64,000 nt of DNA from positions 1,600,001 to 1,664,000 of the forward strand of contig CAXXYH010000003.1 in the NCBI GenBank assembly GCA_963677925.2. The letters run 5' to 3'. Positions 48,442 to 58,796 of this stretch are shown here, one piece after another. The DNA is from Spirochaetia bacterium (GTDB lineage Bacteria > Spirochaetota > Spirochaetia > UBA9216). The notes under the pieces were generated by a model. The model was not told the origin of the DNA and ran no database searches. It worked only from the letters and a program-made list of their open reading frames with translations. The stretch's first letter is position 1; every line of letters begins with the position of its first letter. Position numbers and translations under genes: made by a program.

Positions 48442-49440
48442 TTACTTTTCCTTATGCTTATTCATATCAATCAGAACTGCAATTAGAATTATCATACCTT
48501 TTACTATCTGTTGAAAATAGGCATTCACACCCATAAGATCCATACTATTATTAACAACTCCAATAATTAGAGTCCCAACAACACAAAGAGGGATCGAACC
48601 TATTCCGCCGCTTAAGCTTGTCCCACCGATGACCGTAGAGGCAATTGCATCAAGCTCGTAGCCTATTCCATAGGAAGGGTTTCCCGCAGCGGTTCTTGAA
48701 AGAAGCAGAATCCCTGCAACCCCAGACAGCAGTCCTGCATAAGTATATACTATCACGAGATTCTTTTTAACATTAATTCCACAGAGTCTTGATGCCTGTA
48801 GATTACCGCCAATAGCAAATACATGCCTTCCGAAGGTTGATTTTGAAAGCAATATATAAGAAAACGCAGCAATAATTAAATATACCCATATAGGAACTGG
48901 TATCCCAATGAATGAACCGGTTCCAATTTTGTAAAATAATGGATTTATATGTGCAACAGGACGTCCCGATGTATAAAGCAAAGCACCACCCCTTGCTATA
49001 GTCATCATTCCCAGAGTCGCTATAAAAGCCGGAAGCCGACCATATGCTGTTAGAAATCCATTAATAAACCCCAGTATTGCCCCAATAACCAGTCCAATAG
49101 ATATAGCAACAAAAGGGTTGAGCATCATGCTGACCGGCTGTTCAGCAATAATTTTGGCTTGAGCCAGAGATGCAACTACAACACCTACAAAGGCTACAAC
49201 AGAGCCGGAAGATAGATCTATACCTGTAGTGATGATAATAAATGTAACACCTATAGCAATTACTCCGATGATAGATACCTGCCTAACTACATTCATCAGG
49301 TTTTGAAGCGTAAGAAAAGCCGGTGATACAAAACTCATTATTAAACCGATTCCAAGAAGAATCAGTACTATTCCATTTTTCTTAATAAGGGAGGAAACCC
49401 CAGCTTTATCCAGAGATTTAATACTTTTTAATGTCTTCAT
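48442..49440 (-). CDS. Sugar ABC transporter permease (RbsC/MglC type)
   Basis: GIDLSSGS, FIATLG, AIGGN, YELDAIASTVIGG. Confidence 0.93.
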   Translation of the reverse strand: MKTLKSIKSLDKAGVSSLIKKNGIVLILLGIGLIMSFVSPAFLTLQNLMNVVRQVSIIGVIAIGVTFIIITTGIDLSSGSVVAFVGVVVASLAQAKIIAEQPVSMMLNPFVAISIGLVIGAILGFINGFLTAYGRLPAFIATLGMMTIARGGALLYTSGRPVAHINPLFYKIGTGSFIGIPVPIWVYLIIAAFSYILLSKSTFGRHVFAIGGNLQASRLCGINVKKNLVIVYTYAGLLSGVAGILLLSRTAAGNPSYGIGYELDAIASTVIGGTSLSGGIGSIPLCVVGTLIIGVVNNSMDLMGVNAYFQQIVKGMIILIAVLIDMNKHKEK

Positions 49441-50957
49441 AACTCACTCCTGCATGCTGCTGTCTTCTCTCCAGTAGCGTAATTCATAATCATTTCTTGG
49501 GTAGCCTGTTCTTTAGATAATTCACCCGTAATGCAGCCCTCATGCATAACCAGAATACGGTCACTCATGCTAATAATTTCCGGCATTTCAGAGGATATAA
49601 GGATAATAGCTTTTCCTTCCTGTGCCAGTTTTGAGATAAGCATATGAATCTCCGCTTTGGCACCTACATCAATCCCCCGTGTCGGCTCATCAAGAATAAG
49701 AATCTCAGGCTGCATCAAAAGCCACCTCGAAATAAGAACCTTTTGCTGGTTCCCTCCGGAGAGATTTTTGATAAGCTGTTCAAGAGTCGGGGTCTTTATC
49801 CTGAGGGCATCTTTCTGCTCTATACTGCTGGATACAATCTTTCTATCGTCAAGCAGTCCCTTGGTCTTATATGTTTTCAGATCAGGCATAATCATATTGT
49901 CTTTGACACTCATATCCGGGAAGATACCCGAAGCTTTCCTGTCCTCTGTAACAAAACCAATTCTCGCGCGGATAGCCTCAAGAGGACTTTTAAACCTGCA
50001 TTCCTTTCCTTTTAGGATGATACTGCCGCTATCGAACTGTGTCAGTCCGAAAATAGCCTCCATAAGTTCTGTCCTTCCAGCTCCTATCAATCCGGCAAAA
50101 CCCAGAATCTCTCCAGCTCTTAAGTCAAAACTGGCATTATTGAAGTAGTTTTCCCGGCATAAATCTTTCACCGACATTATTACTTCACCCGGAGCAACCG
50201 GCGTCTTTTGAAAGAATTCTTCTATAGTTCGACCGACCATCATATTGATGATATCGGATTTTTTTACATGACTTATTTTTCCGGTTTTAATGCTTTGACC
50301 ATCTCTTAAGACTGTATAGTTATCAGCAATTGCAAACAGTTCATCCAGTTTGTGTGATATGTAAATGACGGTTATTCCCAGATTCTTTTTCAAATTACGA
50401 ATAATATGCAGCAGCTGTAGACTTTCTTTCTCTGTCAGAGCAGAAGTAGGTTCATCCATGATAATTATCTCGGAATTATCAGAGATGGCTGTTGCAATGG
50501 CAATCAGCTGAGCGCTAGCGATACTTAAATTCGACATCGGGAGCCTCGGGTCTATTTCTATACCAAGATCTTTAAGCAGCTCCTCTGCCGCATTGTCTAT
50601 AGCTCTCTGATTAACAAGACTGGGTCCGAACTTAAATTCCTTTCCAAGGTATATATTTGACGCAACACTCAGGTTATTTACCGGGTTAATTTCCTGCGGA
50701 ATCATTGATATACCTTCCGACATCGCCATTCTCGGATTATGGACAGTGTATCTGCTTTTTTTGTGTTCAATAAATCCACCGTCTGGCTGATGAATACCAA
50801 AGAGAATCTTCATCAAGGTAGATTTCCCGGCACCGTTCTCACCTATCAGCGCGTGAACGGTATTTCTTTCAATACTAAAGCAAACATCCTGAAGGGCTGT
50901 TACCCCAGTAAAATACTTAGTCACATTATTGAAAGATAAAATAATATCATTGTTCAT
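49437..50957 (-). CDS. Sugar ABC transporter ATPase (RbsA/MglA type)
   Basis: GENGAGKST, DEPT, LSGGNQQK, DEPTRGIDVGAK. Confidence 0.95.
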   Translation of the reverse strand: MNNDIILSFNNVTKYFTGVTALQDVCFSIERNTVHALIGENGAGKSTLMKILFGIHQPDGGFIEHKKSRYTVHNPRMAMSEGISMIPQEINPVNNLSVASNIYLGKEFKFGPSLVNQRAIDNAAEELLKDLGIEIDPRLPMSNLSIASAQLIAIATAISDNSEIIIMDEPTSALTEKESLQLLHIIRNLKKNLGITVIYISHKLDELFAIADNYTVLRDGQSIKTGKISHVKKSDIINMMVGRTIEEFFQKTPVAPGEVIMSVKDLCRENYFNNASFDLRAGEILGFAGLIGAGRTELMEAIFGLTQFDSGSIILKGKECRFKSPLEAIRARIGFVTEDRKASGIFPDMSVKDNMIMPDLKTYKTKGLLDDRKIVSSSIEQKDALRIKTPTLEQLIKNLSGGNQQKVLISRWLLMQPEILILDEPTRGIDVGAKAEIHMLISKLAQEGKAIILISSEMPEIISMSDRILVMHEGCITGELSKEQATQEMIMNYATGEKTAACRSEL

Positions 50958-50971
50958 AATAAATCCTTAAA

Positions 50972-50998
50972 ACATCCCTCTCCGTCAGGAGAGGGATG
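50972..50998. terminator. Intercistronic hairpin after the binding-protein gene
   Basis: CATCCCTCTCC-GTCA-GGAGAGGGATG. Confidence 0.55.
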
Positions 50999-51005
50999 CT
51001 GACAA

Positions 51006-51971
51006 TCATTTCCACTTGGCTATGTATTCATCTCTCTTTTCCGGAGTTACAAGCTCAAAAGGTATCCAAACCATCTTATCCACATTATCACCTTTGATAA
51101 GTTTATATGCAGTCTCAGCGCTTCCATATCCCTGGCCATATCCGCTCTGATACACAGTAACATCAAGGCCCTGGCCAAGAAATTCCAGAGCATCGGGAGT
51201 AGCATCTATACCGACTATTATTATATCGTCTCGGCCAGCTTGTTGAGCAGCAAAGTAGGCACCTATAGCCATCTCATCATTATTGCAGACGATCGCATTA
51301 AGTTCTTTACTTGTATCAGCCTGAATCCAGTTTTCTGCGATTCGGAGTCCCTGAGCTCTGTCCCACTTGCCTTCTGCTTCTCTGACTACATTTATTCCAG
51401 GATATTTGGCAAAAATGTCTTTGTTACCCTGAGTTCTCATTCTTGCAACTTCAAGTCCGAGATCTCCAATTAATATTCCTACATTTCCTTTTCCGTTTAA
51501 TTCTTCAGCCACCCATTCTGCCTGCATAAGTCCTGCGTCAATTGATTCAGAACCAACATAAGCATCAATATTAGGAAGGTCTTCCTCGTTAGGCAGCAGA
51601 TTAGTGACTATAAGTTTTACTTTGGCTGCCCGGCATTTTTCTATTATCATAGGAAGCGTTGATGGCTCAACGGGTACTATGACAATAGCATCTGCACCTC
51701 TGGTAATTAAAGTTTCAACCTGATTAATCTGCTGGTTTGCATCAGCCTTGCCGTCAGTGAAGGTTATTTCAACATCTGCGGTTGCTTCATCAAACCTTCT
51801 CATACCTTCCTGAATGTAGGTATGAAATTTGTTCGAAAGATCATACATCACACCACCAATCATGTAAGAATCTTTTTCATCAGATTCCTGAGTACCATTG
51901 GACCATGCAACTGTGCTTATCATAAATAGCACTAAAATTCCCAAAATTAAAACACCTGCTCGATTTCTCAT
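51006..51971 (-). CDS. Sugar ABC substrate-binding protein
   Basis: Signal peptide, YVGSE, NNDEMAIGA, GIDAT, TVYQ. Confidence 0.92.
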   Translation of the reverse strand: MRNRAGVLILGILVLFMISTVAWSNGTQESDEKDSYMIGGVMYDLSNKFHTYIQEGMRRFDEATADVEITFTDGKADANQQINQVETLITRGADAIVIVPVEPSTLPMIIEKCRAAKVKLIVTNLLPNEEDLPNIDAYVGSESIDAGLMQAEWVAEELNGKGNVGILIGDLGLEVARMRTQGNKDIFAKYPGINVVREAEGKWDRAQGLRIAENWIQADTSKELNAIVCNNDEMAIGAYFAAQQAGRDDIIIVGIDATPDALEFLGQGLDVTVYQSGYGQGYGSAETAYKLIKGDNVDKMVWIPFELVTPEKRDEYIAKWK

Positions 51972-52012
51972 AGATATCTCCTTGTTTATTTTATCCGGTA
52001 TACTTACCGGAA

Positions 52013-53263
52013 TTAGCCTTTGTTATAGTCTTTAACCGCGTTCAGCATAGCAATGACATTCTTTACAGGGGTCATTGCCTGAATATTATGAATGGAGCTG
52101 AATACAAAGCCCCCCCCCTTCCCGAAGATTCTGCATGTTTGAAGAACCTCATCATATACTTCTTTTTCAGTTCCGAATGGTAGAGTCCCCTGCGTATCGA
52201 CTCCGCCTCCCCAAAAAACCAGATCCATCCCATATTTTGATTTCAGCTCGGACCTTTCCATCCCAGCAGCTGTCCACTGCACTGGATTTAGAATATCAAA
52301 TCCGGCTTTTATGAAATTACTTATAAAAGGCTCAACAGCTCCGCATGAATGTTTAAATGTCTTCCAGCCGGTATTTTCATGTACCCATTTATTAATACGT
52401 TTATGATATGGCATATAAAGTTCTTCATAAGCAGCCGGAGAACAGATCGGCCCAATCTGTGTACCAAAATCTGTTCCGCAAATATATACGGAGTCGATAT
52501 TATCACCTAACAGTTCATGAATTTCCTTTAAATTCTGGAGAGCAACAGTAGTCTGATAGTCAAAGACCTTATGAAGATAATCAGGATAAAGCAAGGTTGA
52601 AGTATACCAGTCCTCAATACCTCTTATTCCTCGCGGATTCTCAAGCATAGTTGCAGGTACCATTGAAATATCTCCAATGGCGGTTCCGCCGAAGCTTCCT
52701 ACCTGCCATTTTGAGTGATCCTGACTTTCCATAGCATTTTTATAGTAATTGAGGGTGTCATCAGATATAAGCGTAAATTCTTCAACATTGTCCTCCCAAT
52801 TCATATTGCCTTCATCCAGGCTAGCAGACCTGTGGGTAGCGTCAAAGAAGTAGCTATTTTCCGGCATATATCCTGAGGCTGGATAATCTCTATTCCCCTT
52901 TGCATATGAAAGATACCCCCCCCCAGATCTTTCTTCAAAAATTAAATCACCTGAAATCAGGACTTCCTGATCCCAAGGAGTACACCACTGCTTCCAATTA
53001 TCCTGAGAGGTTCCAAACATGTTGTAAGGACTCCAGAATGCTTCTGTATCAATTCCCATTGCATCCTTAAGATCCTCATCAATCATGCCTAGCATCTGGT
53101 AGGGGCAGCTTATCTTGACTGGCCTTCTTTCAAGGCCATAGAATTCACGAAGCCCTTCCACCACTGAGCAGTGTATACCTGTAACCGGATTACCCCCAAA
53201 ATCTATAGGTAATGCGTCTTCAATATGTGAAACCGCCTTTCTGGTTCTTTCTTTAGAATTCAT
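52013..53263 (-). CDS. UroD/MtaA-family (methyltransferase-like) TIM-barrel protein
   Basis: CGTDFGTQ, FKHSCG, DILNPVQ, FWGGGVDTQ, HNIQ. Confidence 0.82.
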   Translation of the reverse strand: MNSKERTRKAVSHIEDALPIDFGGNPVTGIHCSVVEGLREFYGLERRPVKISCPYQMLGMIDEDLKDAMGIDTEAFWSPYNMFGTSQDNWKQWCTPWDQEVLISGDLIFEERSGGGYLSYAKGNRDYPASGYMPENSYFFDATHRSASLDEGNMNWEDNVEEFTLISDDTLNYYKNAMESQDHSKWQVGSFGGTAIGDISMVPATMLENPRGIRGIEDWYTSTLLYPDYLHKVFDYQTTVALQNLKEIHELLGDNIDSVYICGTDFGTQIGPICSPAAYEELYMPYHKRINKWVHENTGWKTFKHSCGAVEPFISNFIKAGFDILNPVQWTAAGMERSELKSKYGMDLVFWGGGVDTQGTLPFGTEKEVYDEVLQTCRIFGKGGGFVFSSIHNIQAMTPVKNVIAMLNAVKDYNKG

Positions 53264-53562
53264 GCATTTCTCCGTTAAACGTGTAGTTTCCTGTATATTC
53301 TTAATTGGTTCACGCAGTTTACTTATATTGAGGCCGAAATTTTAATATGTCAAGTTTTTTTGAATAATTTAACTCATTTTTTGTGATATTTAGCGTTTCA
53401 AATCCATATGCTTGAAATTTATATAAAATTTTTCAAATTTTTTGTATTTTTATATCTCAAAATCCCACTGATTGAAAATACTTGACTTACCGATTGTTAA
53501 TGTTATTCTTAAATTACATCCTGATTATACTTGAAATATACCAACTTCCCGGAGACTTGATT

Positions 53563-54648
53563 ATGAGTGATCAGATTAAAAGCGGCAATCCCGGTTCCGG
53601 ACAGAGAAAACCGAGAGTAGCATCAATCGGCGGCGGAATGATTGGCCAGGTTCATGCACGTTCAGCAAAAAAAGCGGCAAACTGCGACTACATTGCTCTC
53701 TGTGATGCGAATCCGGCAAGAAGGGCACTGGCAGACGAACTGGGAATAAAATTCTACACCGATTACCATGAGATGATTCAGAAAGAAAATCTCGATGGAG
53801 TGATTATTGCCCTGCCAAATGATATGCACAGGGAAAGCGGCTGCTACTGCGCCGGGCAGGGACTTCATATCATGATGGAAAAACCGATTGCCTCTGATGT
53901 TGATGATGCAAAGGCCATTGTAGAAAGCGCCAGTAAAAACAGCATCAGACTGATAGTCGCTCATCACCGCAGGTTTAATCCTCTTATTGAGGAAACCAGA
54001 AACATCATTCAGCGGGGAGAACTCGGTAAAATAGTAGGAATCAACATTCTCTGGTGCATGTACAAGCCCGATGAATACTTCGAAACCGGAACATGGCGCC
54101 GACAGAAAGGAGGCGGTCCTCTTCTCATAAATACAATACACGAAGTGGACGTACTCAGATATGTATACGGTGAAGTCGGGCGGGTGTATGCAGAACTCAG
54201 CAACAAGATCCGCGGCTTTGAGGTGGAAGACACAGTAAGCATCTCTCTGCGATTCAAAGACGGAACACCTGCAAGCATACTGATGTCGGATGCAGCCCCC
54301 TCCCTGTGGGGATATGAATCCAATATGGGTGAGAATCCCTTCTTTGCACCGACCAGGGGCAACATCTATCATTTCCTGGGGACAGAAGCCTCGCTCACCT
54401 TTCCCGGAATGCAGAAGGTCTATTATGCAGATCCGGACAAAAAAGGCTGGCAGTACCCGCTTACAACAGAAGTCCTGAATATCCAGAAAGCAGATCCCTA
54501 CCCCAGACAGATCGAACACTTCTGCAGGGTTATCCTGGGCGAAGAGAAACCCAGAACAAGCGGCGAAGACGGACTGAGGACCCTGGAGGTCACGATGGCC
54601 CTTGCAGAATCAGGCAGGACAGGCCTGCCTGTGGAAATACAGTACTGA
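53563..54648 (+). CDS. Gfo/Idh/MocA-family oxidoreductase
   Basis: IGGGMIG, MEKPIA, HHRRF, GGGPLLINTIHEVD. Start at ATG 53563. Confidence 0.9.
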   Translation: MSDQIKSGNPGSGQRKPRVASIGGGMIGQVHARSAKKAANCDYIALCDANPARRALADELGIKFYTDYHEMIQKENLDGVIIALPNDMHRESGCYCAGQGLHIMMEKPIASDVDDAKAIVESASKNSIRLIVAHHRRFNPLIEETRNIIQRGELGKIVGINILWCMYKPDEYFETGTWRRQKGGGPLLINTIHEVDVLRYVYGEVGRVYAELSNKIRGFEVEDTVSISLRFKDGTPASILMSDAAPSLWGYESNMGENPFFAPTRGNIYHFLGTEASLTFPGMQKVYYADPDKKGWQYPLTTEVLNIQKADPYPRQIEHFCRVILGEEKPRTSGEDGLRTLEVTMALAESGRTGLPVEIQY

Positions 54649-54753
54649 CCGGAAAACCCATTTTTCTGTTTAATTAGAATTATCTGAAATATAGTTAAAA
54701 TTGAGGACGAAACATTCTCAATTTTAATAATTGATCTAAAGGAAGATTGCTGA

Positions 54754-55395
54754 ATGATCGTAAAAGACAATGTATATATGCTTGAAGCTTGCAGAAAATC
54801 TATACAGTATGGTCAGCTGACAGCAAGCAGCATGGTATATGCTGCGGTTGAAGAAGACAGTATCACCCTTATTGACAGCGGATTCCCTTCATTCGCCGAT
54901 GAGATAATGGGAGAACTTAGCCTGATCGGTGAAGGCAAACCGCTTAAAAGAATTCTTTTAACCCATGCAGATGTTGACCACATAGGGAATGCGCATGAGA
55001 TGCAGCAAAAAACAGGATGTTCAGTATACATATCCAATTATGAACTTCCATATATATACTCAGGTAAGAGACGATTCGGACAAAAGCAGCAGATGTATGA
55101 AGATCTTTTAACAGGAGTACCGGAACTAAGAACATACTCAGATGACAAAGTTGATGATTTTACAGTTATACCTACCCCGGGGCATTCCGGTGGTCATGTC
55201 TGCATATTATATAAAGATTTACTTTTTCCCGGAGACCTTTGTTCCTTTGTTGATGGAACGTTCAAGGGACCAAATCCTATGTGGACCGAAGATATGCCGA
55301 AAGCAATTGAATCCCTTCAGAAATTAAGCGAATATTCATTTTCACTTATATGCCCTGCTCACGGAATCCCCACAGAACGAAAGTCTTATTTATGA
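54754..55395 (+). CDS. MBL-fold metallo-hydrolase
   Basis: LIDSG, THADVDHIG, TPGHSGGH, GD, PAHG. Confidence 0.88.
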   Translation: MIVKDNVYMLEACRKSIQYGQLTASSMVYAAVEEDSITLIDSGFPSFADEIMGELSLIGEGKPLKRILLTHADVDHIGNAHEMQQKTGCSVYISNYELPYIYSGKRRFGQKQQMYEDLLTGVPELRTYSDDKVDDFTVIPTPGHSGGHVCILYKDLLFPGDLCSFVDGTFKGPNPMWTEDMPKAIESLQKLSEYSFSLICPAHGIPTERKSYL

Positions 55396-55414
55396 TTTAT
55401 TTGAGAAAATAAAA

Positions 55415-55450
55415 AAGGCTATACCTGCAAATTGAATGCAGATATAGCCT
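55415..55450. terminator. Hairpin terminator between convergent genes
   Basis: AGGCTATACCTGCA...TGCAGATATAGCCT with a preceding A-run. Confidence 0.6.
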
Positions 55451-55487
55451 CGTATGAACCGTATTTATATACTTATTTATAGTTTAT

Positions 55488-56774
55488 TTATTTTATTAAA
55501 TTCGTCAAAAGCAGCACACTTTGCGGTACATAGGTGATAATGGCAAGCGCTAATAGCAGCATTCCTATTAACGGCATACTTTCCCGAATCATCTCTTTAA
55601 GAGAGATTTTCCCTACTCCGGCCGTTATAAACAGCAGCATTCCAAAAGGCGGAGTCATAAGTCCGATCATCATGTTAAGCACAATTACAACACCGAAATG
55701 AACAGGATCGATACCATATACCTGCAGAAGAGGCAGAACCATCGGGACAACAACAAGCATTGATACATTCACATCAATTAGACATCCAAGTATCAGAAAA
55801 ACAAGATTTACAATCAGAAGAAATGTAGCCGGACTTGAAATAAAACCGGTCATTGCCTGAACAACATATTTTGAAATGTTTTCACTTGTCACGATAAATG
55901 AGAAACCATATGCACCGGCAATAACAAGAAATATCGAACCTGTTGTCCTGAGTGTGTTAATTATAATTTTCCCAAGAGTTTTAAAACTCAGCGTCCGGTA
56001 AACCAGAAAGGCAATTATAAGTGTATAAGCCGCAGCTATGGCGGCAGCTTCTGTCGGAGTCACTATTCCTGAATATATTCCAACCAGAAGAATCACAGGA
56101 GTCAAAAGTGCCGGCAGTGCTTTAGCCGTACTGCTTAGAAAATGCTTAAACGAAACTCTTTCTCCAACAGGATATTTGCGCTTTTTAGAAATGAAATACA
56201 CATATATTCCTATTACTATGCACAGTATTATTGCGGGAATCATTCCGCCCAGGAACAGCTTTCCAACTGAAGCATTTGAAAGCATCGCATATACAACAAA
56301 TGGTATCGAGGGGGGGAATATCGGCCCTATAACTGAAGTAGCTCCGGTTATCGCACATGAAAACGGAACATCATATCCTTCCTTTTTCATTTGTGATATT
56401 TCCAGGACGCCTAATCCTGAGGCATCAGCAACAGCGCTTCCGGTCATACCGGCAAAAACCAGTGATGCTAAAATATTAACATACCCGGTTGCTCCCGGTC
56501 TTGGACCAATAAGAGCCCTGCAGAAATCAAAAATCTTATCAGTTACCGCACTGGAGTTCATCACATTCGCTGTAAAAACAAAGAGCGGTATTGCTATCAG
56601 AACAAATGTACCTATCAGATTATAACCGATAGTATTAAATAAAGCGCTCAGGCTTAATCCTTTTGCCAGGAAATATGCTACCGAACCGATTATCATGCCG
56701 TAGCCAATTGGCATCCGGATTATAAAGGCTATAATCAAAATTGCAAATGGAATCAGTACATACCAGCTCGTCAT
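55488..56774 (-). CDS. dctM: TRAP transporter large permease
   Basis: AIPLF, GSAVADA, IFPPSIP, TPTEAA, TPPFG. Confidence 0.92.
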   Translation of the reverse strand: MTSWYVLIPFAILIIAFIIRMPIGYGMIIGSVAYFLAKGLSLSALFNTIGYNLIGTFVLIAIPLFVFTANVMNSSAVTDKIFDFCRALIGPRPGATGYVNILASLVFAGMTGSAVADASGLGVLEISQMKKEGYDVPFSCAITGATSVIGPIFPPSIPFVVYAMLSNASVGKLFLGGMIPAIILCIVIGIYVYFISKKRKYPVGERVSFKHFLSSTAKALPALLTPVILLVGIYSGIVTPTEAAAIAAAYTLIIAFLVYRTLSFKTLGKIIINTLRTTGSIFLVIAGAYGFSFIVTSENISKYVVQAMTGFISSPATFLLIVNLVFLILGCLIDVNVSMLVVVPMVLPLLQVYGIDPVHFGVVIVLNMMIGLMTPPFGMLLFITAGVGKISLKEMIRESMPLIGMLLLALAIITYVPQSVLLLTNLIK

Positions 56775-57301
56775 ATTAACATCTCCTGAGTGTCATCGTC
56801 GTTATACCTTTGCAAATAAGTTTTGTCTTTCAATGATATAATGTCCATTACAAACCTGTACCCGGACCTTATAACTGCTGATATAAACAAAATAGGGATA
56901 GATGCAAAAATTATATTTTGGGGTATTTTCATCTCCGGCGTTACTGCAGGAAGATTCCAGACATATCTAACAGCAAATGGTATTGCTATTGATATACCTA
57001 TCACCACAAGTGCATTTGAGATAAGGCGAAGAATATTTTTGCCTTTTCCTCCAAGTGCGCTGTAAAACAAATCAAAGACCACAAGGTCTTCATATTTGTG
57101 TGCCACACAGGCACTTAATAGCCCGATAATCATAAAAGCGTTTGAAATAAATTCCTGTGCCCAATGCTGGGAATTTCGAAATATATAACGCATTACAACA
57201 TTAAAAACAAATATCAGAAACATAACTATAAATAATGTTCCCGGAATAGATATCTCAAAAAAGTCAGCAACCCTGCGGCCGACTTTTTTTAAAAAATTCA
57301 T
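56771..57301 (-). CDS. dctQ: TRAP transporter small permease
   Basis: 4 TM, VVMRY..WAQE. Start at 57301 after AAGGAG. Confidence 0.85.
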   Translation of the reverse strand: MNFLKKVGRRVADFFEISIPGTLFIVMFLIFVFNVVMRYIFRNSQHWAQEFISNAFMIIGLLSACVAHKYEDLVVFDLFYSALGGKGKNILRLISNALVVIGISIAIPFAVRYVWNLPAVTPEMKIPQNIIFASIPILFISAVIRSGYRFVMDIISLKDKTYLQRYNDDDTQEMLI

Positions 57302-57480
57302 AATTATCTCCTTTATCAACAAAACCCTTTATTGAAAATAAATTAGATGGAGGCCGCTTTGCGGCACACATAAGTTCAGGATTGTTAGTCGGCAGGTTAA
57401 AAAAGAAGGTCAGATGAGAATATTTCATACATCTGTTTATAGCTACCGTAAAACCCATAATCAGCGGTTTTTAATATAGC

Positions 57481-57505
57481 ATGGGTACCGCTAAGCGGCA
57501 CCCAT
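57481..57505. terminator. Hairpin after dctP
   Basis: ATGGGTACCGC-TAA-GCGGCACCCAT. Confidence 0.5.
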
Positions 57506-57518
57506 AATTTTAATTTGT

Positions 57519-58517
57519 TTATTCGGCAAGCTCTACAAGAGCATTATAGAGATCCATATCCCAGTCTTCCATAAGATTGTTGTCTATATAGTACTGATGT
57601 GAATATTCAGCAAATGCGTCGATGTCCGCTTCTGTAACTATCAGGCCGTAATCAGTCATGATTTTAAGGTTGGCTGCTTCTCCGTCGATGGTGGCCTTTG
57701 TTCCCTGTGCTCCGCCATATGCAGCGGCTTCCCTTATCCAGCCCTGCTGCTGTTCATCAAGAGAATTCCACAGTTTATCGGATATACCTATAAGAATTAC
57801 ATTTACCAGGTGATTAGTCTTGGAAATCTGTTTTGTTACTTCATAGAATTTCATAGCCACATCGCCGGCATAGGGGTTATCCTGGCCATCAACAAGACCG
57901 GACTGTAATGCTGCGTACAATTCCGCATATGCTACAGATACAATATTTGCACCAAGAGATTCGCCCATGCTTGTCCATGCTGCGCCGCCAGGCATACGGA
58001 GATTAAAACCTTCAAGGTCGGCCGGGGTAACTATAGGATCTTCAAATCTTGAATTAATAGTTCGCACTCCCTGTGTCATATACCCGATTATGGTTACGCC
58101 GGTCTTTTCTGAAACTTCATCATACCAGGACTGAATAGCCTTTGATGTAAAAATTTTATCCATGTGCTCATAGCTTCTTATAACATAGGGTGCTGTAAAC
58201 ATAGCAGAAGAAGGTACGTATGCGGCAATATCCTGAAATGCAACGTTTGACATTGGAAGATCTCCGCTCATCATGGCAGTGAAAGCTCCATCCTGAGTAA
58301 ACAGTGAGCCGCTTGCATATGTCTCAACGGTGATAGTACCTCCTGAAAGCTCTGCAACTTTATCGGCAAATGCATGCATCGTGATTCCCTGAGGAGTCTG
58401 ATCGTTTTCCAGAATGTTGTACTTGATTACAACCTTTCCGTCGTCCTTCTGACCTCCTGCCATTGCCATTGTCGCTATGACAAGAAGTAATCCGATTGTG
58501 AGTAAGATTTTTTTCAT
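57519..58517 (-). CDS. dctP: TRAP substrate-binding protein
   Basis: Signal peptide, GFNLRMP, ELYAALQSGLVDGQDN. Confidence 0.92.
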   Translation of the reverse strand: MKKILLTIGLLLVIATMAMAGGQKDDGKVVIKYNILENDQTPQGITMHAFADKVAELSGGTITVETYASGSLFTQDGAFTAMMSGDLPMSNVAFQDIAAYVPSSAMFTAPYVIRSYEHMDKIFTSKAIQSWYDEVSEKTGVTIIGYMTQGVRTINSRFEDPIVTPADLEGFNLRMPGGAAWTSMGESLGANIVSVAYAELYAALQSGLVDGQDNPYAGDVAMKFYEVTKQISKTNHLVNVILIGISDKLWNSLDEQQQGWIREAAAYGGAQGTKATIDGEAANLKIMTDYGLIVTEADIDAFAEYSHQYYIDNNLMEDWDMDLYNALVELAE

Positions 58518-58796
58518 TTTTTCCTCCTAAAATAATCCCAATAGAGCAACGCTCTATTTCATTTTAATCAAGACCTGTGATTCGGGATATGGAGAGAAAC
58601 AAAGCGGGTAGAAATAATATATCCTAAATATATTTTCAGCATAATCTCAGGATACCATTAATAATAGCGCTGTCAAGTTTTTTTGATAGGTAGTTTTTTA
58701 TCTATAGTGCATTTTCAGTATATTGCAGTTGCTATTTAAGTGCGGAATATATAATGACAGACGCTCATCGGGAAAAGATTTCTCCAATTTGTAAAG

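Noticed and set aside
53662-54519. 285-aa antisense ORF and the many other short overlapping ORFs in the track
   Set aside because: They are shadows of well-supported genes on the opposite strand or frame, with no motifs or RBS.
54754-55395. Metallo-beta-lactamase resistance gene
   Set aside because: It has no signal peptide and an HxDxDH variant of the generic MBL fold.
58541-58557. ATAGAGC-AAC-GCTCTAT palindrome upstream of dctP
   Set aside because: Single short copy with no linked regulator; operator and RNA hairpin cannot be distinguished.
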